A DNA stretch of 64,000 nucleotides from Ilumatobacteraceae bacterium (GTDB lineage Bacteria > Actinomycetota > Acidimicrobiia > Acidimicrobiales > Ilumatobacteraceae). This document shows, one piece after another, positions 44,333 through 53,887 of the stretch. Each line of letters opens with the position of its first letter. Position 1 is the first letter of the stretch. The notes beneath the pieces were generated by a model. It saw nothing but the letters and a program-made list of their open reading frames with translations, was not told the DNA's origin and did no database searches. The stretch lies in the NCBI GenBank assembly GCA_023262325.1, contig JALRBS010000118.1, forward strand, positions 3,199 through 67,198, read 5' to 3'. A program made the position numbers and the translations under genes.

Positions 44333-45466
44333 ATGTCTGACTCGATGCGACTGTATGACACTGCGCGAGCAGCGATTGTTCCGTTTGCTCCGCCAACTGA
44401 CGTCCTCATGTACGTGTGCGGAATTACGCCCTATGACGCAACCCATCTGGGGCATGCGTCGACGTTCCTTACCTATGACGTGCTCATTCGTCGACTTATC
44501 GACCGCGGCCATACGGTTCGCTGCGTCCGGAACGTAACCGATGTCGACGATCCACTTTTCGCAAAAGCTCGAGAACTCGGTGTTCACTATCTGGATCTTG
44601 CGGCAGGAGAGGAACGTCGCTTTAACGAAGACATGGAGGCGCTCAACGTGCTTCCAGTCTTTTCAGCACCTAGAGCCTCGTCGGCGATCCCAGATATTCG
44701 GAAGTTCATCCAGGTAGTGCTCGATAACGGCAACGCCTACGTCGCTGGGGGGTCGGTGTACTTCGATGTCTCCACGTTCTCCACATTCGGTGCAGTGAGC
44801 TCATACAGCCATGCAGAAATGATGAGGCTTGCGGCTCAACGAGGTGGCAATATTGAGGACCCGAACAAAAGAAATCCACTCGATTTTGTGTTGTGGCAAC
44901 CTTCAGCGGTCGATGAGCCCTCGTGGGAAACACCGTGGGGTCCAGGTCGACCGGGCTGGCACGTTGAATGCAGCGCCCTCGCGCTACGCGAACTCGGAGA
45001 ACATGTTCACCTGCACGGCGGAGGAGCAGATCTGATTTTTCCTCATCACGAATGTGAGCGGGCACAGTCTGAGTCTGCGACGGGTACACCGTTCGTGGAT
45101 CACTGGATGCACGCCGCGCTCATTTCCAAAGATGGCGAGAAAATGTCGAAAAGTCTCGGGAATCTCGTATTCGTCGACGCGCTACGTCGCGAATGGGATC
45201 CGATGGCAATACGACTCGGCATAATTGCCCACCACTACCGCACCGAATGGTCGTGGAACGATCAACTCATGCCTGACGCAAACTCAAGATTGAACGAGTG
45301 GCGCGCCAGCGGTGGTGGAGCCACGAATTCGACCACGCTCGACGCTGTTCGTTTGTGCCTCGACGATGATCTCGATACTCCGGCAGCAACCGAGGCGATC
45401 GACACCGCTTGCCGACGAGGCGAACGCGTCCATGATGCTGCTGCGTTGCTCGGCATCGCTCTCTAA
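44333..45466 (+). CDS. mshC: cysteine:1D-myo-inosityl 2-amino-2-deoxy-alpha-D-glucopyranoside ligase (CysRS paralog)
   Basis: 377-aa ORF containing MYVCGITPYDATHLGHASTFLTYDVLIRRL, VRNVTDVDDPL and KMSKSLGN. It has no anticodon-binding extension, which fits MshC rather than CysS. Confidence 0.8.
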   Translation: MSDSMRLYDTARAAIVPFAPPTDVLMYVCGITPYDATHLGHASTFLTYDVLIRRLIDRGHTVRCVRNVTDVDDPLFAKARELGVHYLDLAAGEERRFNEDMEALNVLPVFSAPRASSAIPDIRKFIQVVLDNGNAYVAGGSVYFDVSTFSTFGAVSSYSHAEMMRLAAQRGGNIEDPNKRNPLDFVLWQPSAVDEPSWETPWGPGRPGWHVECSALALRELGEHVHLHGGGADLIFPHHECERAQSESATGTPFVDHWMHAALISKDGEKMSKSLGNLVFVDALRREWDPMAIRLGIIAHHYRTEWSWNDQLMPDANSRLNEWRASGGGATNSTTLDAVRLCLDDDLDTPAATEAIDTACRRGERVHDAAALLGIAL

Positions 45467-45512
45467 ATGCTCTCGTGTGCGTCCTCGTGCCGAGTCATAG
45501 ACTAAGGGCTCT

Positions 45513-47495
45513 ATGACGGCGATCTCTGTGGTGCTGCCCGACGGTTCGACTCGGGAACTTGACGATGGCGCCACCGCCTTTGACCTTGCATCCTCTATCG
45601 GAAGCGGACTTGCAAAAGCAGCGGTTGCAGCGGTTGTTGACGGTTCGCTTGTTGACCTTTCCACGACCCTTCACGACAACGCATTGGTCTCGATCATTAC
45701 GTCGACCAGTGACGAAGGGCGTCATGTGCTTCGACATTCGACGGCTCACGTTCTTGCGCAGGCAGTCACCAGACTGTTCCCAGGCGCGAAGTTTTCGGTC
45801 GGGCCTGCGATTGAGAATGGCTTCTATTACGACTTCGATCTTCCCGGTGGTGCGACGTTCAGCGCAGATGACCTCGACGCCATTGAATCGGAGATGCGAC
45901 GCATTGTCGACGAAGATCAACCCTTTATTCGAAGCGAAATGACGCCTTCTGAGGCTCTCGCTCTGTTTGCGGATCAGCCCTACAAATGCGAAATTATTCA
46001 ACGGGTGACCGCAGCCGATGGTGATTCTCTCGATGCGGGAGAGGTCGGTTCGGGTGATGTGATTTCGGCCTACCGAAACTGTGATGACTTCGTCGACATG
46101 TGCGTTGGGCCGCACGTTCCCTCCACAAGTCGCCTTCAACATTTCGCGCTGCAGCGCACATCTGGTGCCTATTGGCGCGGTTCAGAACAGGCGCGCATGC
46201 TGCAGCGAATCTATGGAACCGCGTGGGAGTCAAAAGCCGCGCTCCAAGCCCACCTGCAGCAGTTAGAGGAGGCAGCTAAGCGAGACCACCGTCGTCTCGC
46301 TACCGAACTTGACCTGCTGAGCTTCCCATCCGAGATCGGAGGCGGACTGGCGATCTGGCATCCGCGCGGTGCCATCGTTCGTCGCATCATGGAGGACTAC
46401 AGCCGGTCGCGCCACGAACGGGGCGGCTACCAATTTGTGTTTACGCCACATCTTGCAAACGGCAAGTTGTTTGCGACGTCCGGCCATCTCGACTACTACG
46501 CGGACGGTATGTACCCGCCGATGGAAATGGACAACGGCACGTACTACATGAAGCCGATGAACTGCCCGATGCATTGCCTCGTATACGGCAGTCGACAACG
46601 TAGCTATCGAGAACTTCCGATTCGTCTCTTCGAACTAGGAAACGTCTACCGCTACGAGCGCGCCGGCACGTTGCATGGCCTCATGAGAATTCGTGGGTTC
46701 ACTCAGGACGACAGTCATATCTTCTGCCGAGAGGATCAACTCGCCGATGAAGTTGCTTCGCTTCTCGATTTCGTACTCTCCGTGCTGCGCGCCTTCGGAT
46801 TTGATGAATTCACGTTCAATCTTTCAACAAAAGATCCTGAAAAGTACGTCGGCAGCGATGAGATTTGGGAAAAGGCCACCGACGCACTCCGAACTGCACT
46901 CGATCGGCACGGACTCACATACGGCGTAAAAGATGGTGACGCTGCGTTCTATGGTCCGAAGATCGACATTGATGTTCGAGATGCCATTGGACGCTCGTGG
47001 CAGCTCTCGACGATTCAGGCTGACTTCAACAATCCCGAACGATTTGACCTTGAGTACATCGGCGCTGATAACGCCCGTCATCGGCCGATCATGTTGCATC
47101 GAGCGTTGTTCGGATCGATTGAGCGGTTCTTCGGTGTTCTTCTTGAGCACTACGCAGGCGCTTTCCCCACCTGGCTCGCGCCTGTGCAGGTTCGAGTACT
47201 GCCGGTGTCTGCGGCGCACGAAACCTATGCTCGGCACGTTGTCGAGATGCTTGCCGAGAAGAACATCCGTGTGGACAGCGTCGACGCCGGAGACGCACTC
47301 GGTAAGCGCATTCGTGCCGCCAAACTTGAGAAAATTCCGTACGTGCTTGTCGTTGGCGACGACGACGTCGCAGCGTCAACAGTTGGGGTGAATCCCCGTG
47401 GGGGAGACGTCGATCGAGATGTGCCTCTCGCCGATTTCATGCAGTCGATTCTCGCTGAAATTACGGAGGCAACTGCGAAGGCAATGACGGCGTGA
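45513..47495 (+). CDS. thrS: threonine--tRNA ligase
   Basis: 660-aa ORF with a TGS domain at the N-terminus, an editing-domain motif HSTAHVLAQA, class II motifs (FRGFTQDDSHIF, GSIERF) and an anticodon-binding C-terminus. Confidence 0.97.
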   Translation: MTAISVVLPDGSTRELDDGATAFDLASSIGSGLAKAAVAAVVDGSLVDLSTTLHDNALVSIITSTSDEGRHVLRHSTAHVLAQAVTRLFPGAKFSVGPAIENGFYYDFDLPGGATFSADDLDAIESEMRRIVDEDQPFIRSEMTPSEALALFADQPYKCEIIQRVTAADGDSLDAGEVGSGDVISAYRNCDDFVDMCVGPHVPSTSRLQHFALQRTSGAYWRGSEQARMLQRIYGTAWESKAALQAHLQQLEEAAKRDHRRLATELDLLSFPSEIGGGLAIWHPRGAIVRRIMEDYSRSRHERGGYQFVFTPHLANGKLFATSGHLDYYADGMYPPMEMDNGTYYMKPMNCPMHCLVYGSRQRSYRELPIRLFELGNVYRYERAGTLHGLMRIRGFTQDDSHIFCREDQLADEVASLLDFVLSVLRAFGFDEFTFNLSTKDPEKYVGSDEIWEKATDALRTALDRHGLTYGVKDGDAAFYGPKIDIDVRDAIGRSWQLSTIQADFNNPERFDLEYIGADNARHRPIMLHRALFGSIERFFGVLLEHYAGAFPTWLAPVQVRVLPVSAAHETYARHVVEMLAEKNIRVDSVDAGDALGKRIRAAKLEKIPYVLVVGDDDVAASTVGVNPRGGDVDRDVPLADFMQSILAEITEATAKAMTA

Positions 47496-48034
47496 ATCAC
47501 ATTGAGCACCTTTGGAATGGGTGGCGCAGCGACTATGTAAGCGATTCGGGACATAACCGAACCTCCGAATCACCTCCAAACACGAGCGTCTTTACCGAGC
47601 TGCTCACGTCAGGGCTTTCTGACCTCGAGACGTTTATTGTCCATCGGAGCTCAACCTGTTTCGTTGTGATGAACGCCTTCCCGTACTCGACGGGCCACGT
47701 GCTCGTCGTTCCCTACCGAGAAGTAGCGTTTCTTGATGATCTGAACGACGACGAGACCTTCGATCTGTGGACGGTTGTGAGGCGTGCAGTGAACGTGCTG
47801 AGGACCGAGTTTCGACCAGAGGGTGTGAACGTCGGACTCAATCTTGGACGGGCCGCTGGTGGTTCGATCGCCCAGCATCTTCACGTGCACGTTGTTCCAC
47901 GTTGGACAGGTGACTCAAACTTTATGACGGCAATTGCAACGACAAGGACGCTGCCGGAGGCACTTGATGTTTCGGCGGATCGAGTGCGAAATGGGTGGAG
48001 CAAGCTTGGCGATACGCCTAGTGTGAGGTCATGA
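47492..48034 (+). CDS. HIT family protein (Ap4A phosphorylase-like, Rv2613c-type)
   Basis: 180-aa ORF with a GTGA overlap with thrS and the histidine triad HLHVHVVPR. Confidence 0.85.
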   Translation: MNHIEHLWNGWRSDYVSDSGHNRTSESPPNTSVFTELLTSGLSDLETFIVHRSSTCFVVMNAFPYSTGHVLVVPYREVAFLDDLNDDETFDLWTVVRRAVNVLRTEFRPEGVNVGLNLGRAAGGSIAQHLHVHVVPRWTGDSNFMTAIATTRTLPEALDVSADRVRNGWSKLGDTPSVRS

Positions 48035-48531
48035 GCGACACGACCCAGGAACAGAGCGGCGATGTCGTCGACACGCTTCCGGCAGACCTTCAGCCAGCGC
48101 TCAGTGAGACCATCTACAAGTTTCCGGATAACTCTCGTCGACGCATACCGGCGACGACGTATCTCGCAATCGGCGTTGCAATTGGTGCCTCGCGACTTGT
48201 TGGCGTCTCGGTTGTCAACGGCGGCGTTTTGCTGGTTGGTCTGTTGCTCGCTCTCTTTGGTGTGTACGGATTCGTGGCCGGGTTTCGGATGCACACCAAC
48301 GAGAAGGACGCGTTAATCGCCGCACAGAGCGCTGTCGGCTTTCCCATTGGACATGCTTCAGCGCAGCAGGTCTGGCGTGGCGTGTTGAGCCGCCCGACAT
48401 GGCGGGTGCTCGTGTATTCCATTGAGGAGCCGCCGCATCAGCGAGCGCTCGTGCTGGTCGACGCCATTTCGGGAGAAGTCGTCGAACACCTCGTTGAGGA
48501 CAACCCTGAATCGAGTGTTCACGATGCTTGA
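48031..48531 (+). CDS. hypothetical membrane protein (2 predicted TM segments)
   Basis: 166-aa ORF with an ATGA overlap to the HIT gene and an 8-nt overlap to pgsA1. I recognise no family. Confidence 0.55.
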   Translation: MSDTTQEQSGDVVDTLPADLQPALSETIYKFPDNSRRRIPATTYLAIGVAIGASRLVGVSVVNGGVLLVGLLLALFGVYGFVAGFRMHTNEKDALIAAQSAVGFPIGHASAQQVWRGVLSRPTWRVLVYSIEEPPHQRALVLVDAISGEVVEHLVEDNPESSVHDA

Positions 48532-49249
48532 CGGCGCATTTCGCGGACCCGTTGACCGTGCCGTGCGACCGATCGGTCGGGCGCTACGTAAAACGCGGCT
48601 GACGCCAGATCATTTGACACTCATCGGGCTCATCTTGGCGGCCTGTTCGGCAGTCACGATCGGCGCTGGCCGTCTCATTGTCGGGTTGTTACTCGTCATC
48701 AGCGCAGCGCTTCCCGATCTTTTCGATGGTGCGCTGGCGAAAGCGAGCAACACGTCGAGCCAGCGCGGCGCATTCTTTGATTCAACGATGGACCGAGTGA
48801 CCGACGCACTTCTCCTCGGCGGTCTTGCGTGGTATCTCGCCGATTCCTATTCGGGGCGAATGGCTGTATTGCCGTTTGCGGTGTCTGCCTTAGCGAGCGT
48901 CATTTCGTATCAACGCGCGAAGGCCGAGTCGCTCGGATTGGACGCAAAGGGTGGGCTGATGGAACGAGCGGAACGAATCGTTTTGCTCTGCCTAGGCATC
49001 CTCCTTGAAGGTCTGGGTCTCCGACCCGCCATCGTCGTCGTGCTCTGGATTCTGCTCGCGCTCATTGGTGTGACCGCAGTGCAGCGATTCGTCAAAGTGT
49101 GGCGCCAGGCAGAGGTATCGGACATCACGCAGGAACGAATTGACCTCAGGCGCGAACGTCGTGTCGAACGGCGAAACGTGCGTGTTGAGCGACGAGACCA
49201 AACTCGGCTCGTCGTGCAGCGACGTCGAGACGATCGCCGTCGCCGGTAG
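48524..49249 (+). CDS. pgsA1: CDP-alcohol phosphatidyltransferase (phosphatidylinositol phosphate synthase type) with Arg-rich C-terminal tail
   Basis: The track ORF starts at 48422, and ATG 48524 gives MLDGAFRGPV. The CDP-OH-P motif is DLFDGALAK...GAFFDSTMDRVTD. Synteny matches the mycobacterial thrS-HIT-pgsA1-patA-pimA cluster. Confidence 0.85.
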   Translation: MLDGAFRGPVDRAVRPIGRALRKTRLTPDHLTLIGLILAACSAVTIGAGRLIVGLLLVISAALPDLFDGALAKASNTSSQRGAFFDSTMDRVTDALLLGGLAWYLADSYSGRMAVLPFAVSALASVISYQRAKAESLGLDAKGGLMERAERIVLLCLGILLEGLGLRPAIVVVLWILLALIGVTAVQRFVKVWRQAEVSDITQERIDLRRERRVERRNVRVERRDQTRLVVQRRRDDRRRR

Positions 49250-49255
49250 GCGTCC

Positions 49256-50131
49256 GTGTCGCGCGCCCTCACCACTTTTCGACTGGCGGAAGCCATGGCG
49301 ACGCGGGTTCCACTCTCAGTGTCTCAGGCTCTTTGTCGACCGGTTGGGGTGGCGTCACGAATCTACGCACGGTCGGCGCGTGCCATGGCGTCGCGTCATC
49401 AGCAACGAGTGACACCGGGACTATCGGATCATCAGATGCAACGACGGGTGGACGCCGTATTCGAGAGTTACGCCCGGTATTGGATCGAGAGTCTTCGACT
49501 TCCACGAATTTCGAAGCAACGTGTGATCAACGGCATCACTGTTCACGGATATGTCCACGTCGTGAACGCTCTTGAGCGAGGCAACGGAGCGATCCTCGCC
49601 CTTCCACATCTTGGCGGATGGGAGTGGGCAGGTCGATGGCTTGCTGATCGTGGTGTTCGCGTTGTCGCTGTCGCCGAACGCTTGAAAGACGAGTCGGTCG
49701 ATCGCTACCTCACCGAGGTACGGGCCTCGCTCGGTATTGAGGTCATCTCGCTCGACGATCGAGCAGGAATTTCGGTGATGTCCGCTCTTAGAGAGAACGC
49801 CGTCGTCTGTCTTCTGTGTGATCGCGATCTTCAAGGAAACGGTGTCGAGGTCACATTCTTCGGCGAGACAACGACGATTCCGGCTGGGCCTGTTGCCCTT
49901 GCGATGCGCACCGGAGCGTCCTTGCTACCAACTGCGGTGTATCACACGCCACGGCGTGACGGTCATATAGGTGTGGTACTTCCGGAGATCGCTCTGGTGC
50001 GCTCTGGGTCGTCGCTACGGGTTGATTTGGCAACCTATTCACAGCAACTTGTTGGCGCGCTTGAAGATCTCATCGGTCGAGCACCACAACAATGGCATTT
50101 ACTGCAACCCAACTGGCCGAGCGACATATGA
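49256..50131 (+). CDS. patA: phosphatidylinositol mannoside acyltransferase (LpxL/HtrB-like lauroyl acyltransferase family)
   Basis: 291-aa ORF containing ALPHLGGWEWAG and CDRDL. Its position between pgsA1 and pimA supports the call. Confidence 0.75.
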   Translation: MSRALTTFRLAEAMATRVPLSVSQALCRPVGVASRIYARSARAMASRHQQRVTPGLSDHQMQRRVDAVFESYARYWIESLRLPRISKQRVINGITVHGYVHVVNALERGNGAILALPHLGGWEWAGRWLADRGVRVVAVAERLKDESVDRYLTEVRASLGIEVISLDDRAGISVMSALRENAVVCLLCDRDLQGNGVEVTFFGETTTIPAGPVALAMRTGASLLPTAVYHTPRRDGHIGVVLPEIALVRSGSSLRVDLATYSQQLVGALEDLIGRAPQQWHLLQPNWPSDI

Positions 50132-51222
50132 GCACGGATTCACTTCGCGTTGCAATGTTCTGCCCCTACAGCCTGAGCGTTCCAGGAGGCGTGCAAGGGC
50201 AGGTCCTCGGGCTTGCGCGCGCGTTGCGACGACGAGGACACGAGGTTCGCGTGCTTGGCCCATGCGATGGTCCTCCTCCGGCCTCGTTCGTGACACCGCT
50301 TGGGGACTCACTTCCTACCGCTGCAAACGGGTCGGTGGCTCCGTTGGCTCCTGACCCAAGTGCTGCGTTACGGACGATTCGAGCGATCCGAGATGAAAAA
50401 TTTGACCTGTGGCACCTTCACGAGCCACTCGCGCCCGGACCGACCCTGACTGCGCTCACATTGCATTCTCGGCCGATCGTCGGGACCTTTCACGCTGCAG
50501 GTCGATCGTCGAGTTATCGATTTCTCAAACCGGTGTTATCACCACTGGTGCGGCGCATAGATCACCGAGTCGCCGTGTCAATTGAGGCACGCGCACTCGT
50601 GTCGCAACATTTTGGCGGTGACTACGAAGTGCTCTTCAACGGCATCGACATCCCAGACATTGAAGACGACCGGAGTGAAGTAAAGGCCATGTCGATCCTG
50701 TTCATCGGTCGGCACGAAGAACGAAAGGGTCTTGCCGTCTTACTCCAAGCGGTAGAGCAGTTGCACGGCGTTGTATTTCCAGAATTGGTCTGCCACATCA
50801 TTGGAGACGGTCCCGACACAGAATCGCTTCGGCAACGGTATTCCGACCAGCGACGATTTCGTTGGCACGGTCGAGTGACCGACGGCGAGAAGTCTGCTCT
50901 CCTGCGTGAAGCGACCGTGTTTGTCGCTCCATCGCTCAGGGGGGAGTCCTTCGGAGTGGTGTTGCTTGAAGCGATGGCGGCGAGCACAGCAGTGATCGCA
51001 AGCGACATCCCGGGTTATCGAACCGTCGCAACACACGACAACGATGCGTTGCTCGTCCCGCCAGGACGTTCCGACGCTCTCGCCAACGCGCTCACCGCAG
51101 TGTTGAGTTCACACGAGATTCAGAACCGCCTTATCGCAGCTGGTCGCGCTACTGCGGAGTCGATGTCGATGGACCGTCTTGCGTTGAAATATGTCGACCG
51201 ATACCGCCAAGTTCTGAAATAG
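50128..51222 (+). CDS. pimA: GT4 glycosyltransferase, phosphatidylinositol alpha-mannosyltransferase type
   Basis: The track ORF starts at 50092, and ATG 50128 forms an ATGA overlap with patA. It contains RVAMFCPYS...GGVQGQV and the EX7E motif ESFGVVLLEAMA. Confidence 0.85.
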   Translation: MSTDSLRVAMFCPYSLSVPGGVQGQVLGLARALRRRGHEVRVLGPCDGPPPASFVTPLGDSLPTAANGSVAPLAPDPSAALRTIRAIRDEKFDLWHLHEPLAPGPTLTALTLHSRPIVGTFHAAGRSSSYRFLKPVLSPLVRRIDHRVAVSIEARALVSQHFGGDYEVLFNGIDIPDIEDDRSEVKAMSILFIGRHEERKGLAVLLQAVEQLHGVVFPELVCHIIGDGPDTESLRQRYSDQRRFRWHGRVTDGEKSALLREATVFVAPSLRGESFGVVLLEAMAASTAVIASDIPGYRTVATHDNDALLVPPGRSDALANALTAVLSSHEIQNRLIAAGRATAESMSMDRLALKYVDRYRQVLK

Positions 51223-51247
51223 CGGGCTCAGACAAGCTCGAATCTCG

Positions 51248-51253
51248 TAGACT
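51248..51253 (+). promoter_or_regulatory. -10 element TAGACT, 6 nt upstream of GTG 51260 (leaderless-type)
   Basis: tagact ttgagt gtg. Confidence 0.45.
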
Positions 51254-51259
51254 TTGAGT

Positions 51260-51811
51260 GTGAGCCTTCTCGTCATTGTCATCCTGGTAGTCGTTCTGCT
51301 CTTAGTCTTCGCTTCGCTGTACAACGGTCTTGTGCGAAAGCGAAACGCTGTTGACAACGGCTGGTCTCAGATCGATGTCCAGCTCAAGCGGCGGCTTGAC
51401 CTTGTGCCGAACCTCGTCGAGACCGTCAAGGGCTACGCCGAACACGAGCGTGAAACGCTTGAAGCGGTAATCGCAGCGAGAAATAGTGCAGTTTCGGCTC
51501 CTGACACCCCAGGTGCTCAAGCGGCGGCAGAGGGCCCCCTCGTTGGAGCCTTGCGTCAACTCTTCGCGGTGGCGGAGGCGTATCCAGACCTCAAAGCGAA
51601 CGCGAACTTTCTTGCGTTGCAGGAAGAACTCACCGCCACAGAAGGGCGAGTCGCCTATGCGCGGCAGTTCTACAACGACGCAGTGTTGCGGTACCACAAC
51701 GCCATCGACCAGGTACCCGGAGCCTTTGTTGCCAAGATGTTCTCTTTTGGTCGACGCGAATATTTCGATGCCGGTCCCGAGGCTGACGCAGCGCCGTCGG
51801 TCAGTTTCTGA
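51260..51811 (+). CDS. lemA: LemA family protein
   Basis: The track start is TTG 51254, which directly abuts the TAGACT hexamer, so I prefer GTG 51260. It has an N-terminal TM segment, then LYNGLVRKRNAVDNGWSQIDVQLKRRLDLVPNLVETVKGYAEHE. Confidence 0.85.
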   Translation: MSLLVIVILVVVLLLVFASLYNGLVRKRNAVDNGWSQIDVQLKRRLDLVPNLVETVKGYAEHERETLEAVIAARNSAVSAPDTPGAQAAAEGPLVGALRQLFAVAEAYPDLKANANFLALQEELTATEGRVAYARQFYNDAVLRYHNAIDQVPGAFVAKMFSFGRREYFDAGPEADAAPSVSF

Positions 51812-51817
51812 GGAAGT

Positions 51818-52723
51818 ATGCACGAACTCATCCGTGCCAACAAGCGACGGAGCGCGCTCCTCGTCATATCTTTCATCGTCTTCGTCGTCCTCCTTGGAAC
51901 AATTATTGGCTGGATGATTGGCGGTGGGCCGGTTGTCACCCTCGTATCAGCGATCCTCGCCTTCGCACTTTCGATCGGATCGTGGTGGTCATCGGCATCG
52001 ATCGCACTTCGTGTCAGTCGTGCCCGACCAGCGGACCCCGCCGAGTTCAAACGTCTTCACAATCTGGTTGAAGGGCTCTGCATCGCAGGCGGAATTCCGA
52101 AGCCGGCGGTCTATGTCGTTGATGATGAGGCTCCAAACGCATTCGCGACCGGGAGAAACCCACAACATGCTGCAATCGCCGTCACCACGGGTTTGCTCGA
52201 AAAGATGAATCGAGTTGAACTCGAAGGTGTTGTTGCGCACGAGCTCAGCCACATTCGACATCACGACATCACCGTCTCAACGATTGCGGTCACGCTGGTT
52301 GGAACTGTTGCGCTGATGAGTGACCTTGCAATCCGAACGATGTGGTGGAACGGTGGTCGAACTTCGCGCGATTCAGATCGATCGCAACGCAATAACCCGC
52401 TCGCGATTATTGGTTTTGCACTCATCGTGCTTTCGCCGTTGATTGCGCGATTGTTGCAGGCTGCGGTATCTCGTCAGCGAGAATCGCTTGCCGACATTGG
52501 CGCCTGCGAACTCACACGGTTTCCACCGGGATTGATTAGCGCGCTTGAAAAGCTGCAGGACGACACCACAGTGACGCACAGTGCGAGCACCGCCACCGCC
52601 CACCTGTGGATCGAGCAACCGATGAGCGGTGTTGGAGACACGGGTCGGCTAGGTTCCGTTCATCGACTGTTCAATACCCACCCGCCGCTCGACGAGCGGA
52701 TACAAGCACTGAAGGAACTATGA
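51818..52723 (+). CDS. htpX: M48 family zinc metalloprotease (HtpX-like)
   Basis: 301-aa ORF with TM segments and the HEXXH motif HELSHIRHHD. GAGGAAG lies upstream. Confidence 0.85.
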   Translation: MHELIRANKRRSALLVISFIVFVVLLGTIIGWMIGGGPVVTLVSAILAFALSIGSWWSSASIALRVSRARPADPAEFKRLHNLVEGLCIAGGIPKPAVYVVDDEAPNAFATGRNPQHAAIAVTTGLLEKMNRVELEGVVAHELSHIRHHDITVSTIAVTLVGTVALMSDLAIRTMWWNGGRTSRDSDRSQRNNPLAIIGFALIVLSPLIARLLQAAVSRQRESLADIGACELTRFPPGLISALEKLQDDTTVTHSASTATAHLWIEQPMSGVGDTGRLGSVHRLFNTHPPLDERIQALKEL

Positions 52724-53847
52724 GATCACATCGTGTACTTGTCCGTCTGCTTGCGGTCGGAGCGCTCTCATCGATGGTCGTTGCGGCCTGCGGTGGGTCA
52801 ACTGAAGAACTCATTGGATCAGCGACCGAAGCGCTCAATGACCTCACCTCATCCACAGAGGCCGTCGCAACGGACGAAGGGCCTGCGACATCCGAAGATG
52901 CTGCCGAAGAAACGTCGGATGAAGAGGTCGCCGTCGAGGAGCCAGCCTTTCGAATGCCGCTGACTGGCGAGCCATTGGATTCGGCTGACCAAATACCTCA
53001 GCGTCCGGCACTCGTCGTCAAAATTCCGAATAACCCACAAGCCCTCCCGCAGACTGGACTCAATGAGGCCGACATTGTCTACGAGGAGATCATCAATGAC
53101 AACATCACCAGATTTGCAGCAGTATTCCACAGCCAAGATTCTGATCCCGTTGGACCGATCCGCTCTGGGCGTGCCCAAGATGTCGACCTCTTGACGAACC
53201 TTGATGCGCCGCTTTTCGCGTGGTCAGGCGGTAATGCTGGCGTCACAAAGATCATCAATAACTCGACGCTGTACAGCCTGAGTTATGTCGGCGGATACGG
53301 AAACAGCTACTACCGGAGAGACGGCCGTGGGGGAGCACCTCACAACCTCTTTTCTTCGACCGAAACACTTTGGGAGCACGCTCCAGACGACTTCAACATT
53401 CCGCCTCAGGTCTTCTCGTACACGCTGCCCGGAACAGAGTTGACTGGCGACACTGCAACGGTTGTTGAGGTGGAACTTGATTCGATTCTTGCGCGGTGGG
53501 ATTACGACGCCGCAAGCGGTCATTACCTGCGATCAGAGTACGGAGAACCGTATATGAGCGAGCTCACTGGTCAGGTGTGGACTGACAACCTCGTCGTTCT
53601 CCTCACTGAATACATACCCGGCATTGTTGATGCGAGAAGTCCAGAAGCGCAGACCGTATGGTCCGGCAAGGCGTACGTCTTCTCAGATGGCATCGTACGA
53701 ACGGGTGTGTGGCAACGCAGCTCGAATGTAGAGCCGTGGAATCTTTACACCGATGAGACCATGGATACCCCGCTCAAGCTCGCACCAGGCCGCACCTGGG
53801 TCGAGCTTCCAAGAAATGACCCTGACAACGTGCGCTACGTGTCTTGA
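52720..53847 (+). CDS. DUF3048 domain-containing lipoprotein
   Basis: The track ORF starts at 52606. ATG 52720 forms an ATGA overlap with htpX and has GAAGGA upstream. It has a lipobox VVAACGGS and the pattern PLTGEPL...RPALVVKIPNNPQALPQTGLNEADIVYEE. Confidence 0.75.
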   Translation: MRSHRVLVRLLAVGALSSMVVAACGGSTEELIGSATEALNDLTSSTEAVATDEGPATSEDAAEETSDEEVAVEEPAFRMPLTGEPLDSADQIPQRPALVVKIPNNPQALPQTGLNEADIVYEEIINDNITRFAAVFHSQDSDPVGPIRSGRAQDVDLLTNLDAPLFAWSGGNAGVTKIINNSTLYSLSYVGGYGNSYYRRDGRGGAPHNLFSSTETLWEHAPDDFNIPPQVFSYTLPGTELTGDTATVVEVELDSILARWDYDAASGHYLRSEYGEPYMSELTGQVWTDNLVVLLTEYIPGIVDARSPEAQTVWSGKAYVFSDGIVRTGVWQRSSNVEPWNLYTDETMDTPLKLAPGRTWVELPRNDPDNVRYVS

Positions 53848-53875
53848 GGACTGAGCGCTCACGCCACGCCGTCGA

Positions 53876-53881
53876 TAGATT
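53876..53881 (+). promoter_or_regulatory. -10 element TAGATT, 6 nt upstream of the pdxS ATG (leaderless-type)
   Basis: tagatt gtccgc atg. Confidence 0.5.
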
Positions 53882-53887
53882 GTCCGC

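Noticed and set aside
45467-45512. A possible T-box or other leader upstream of thrS.
   Set aside because: Only 46 nt are available, which is far too short for a T-box. A TAGACT hexamer 9 nt before the ATG suggests a very short leader instead.
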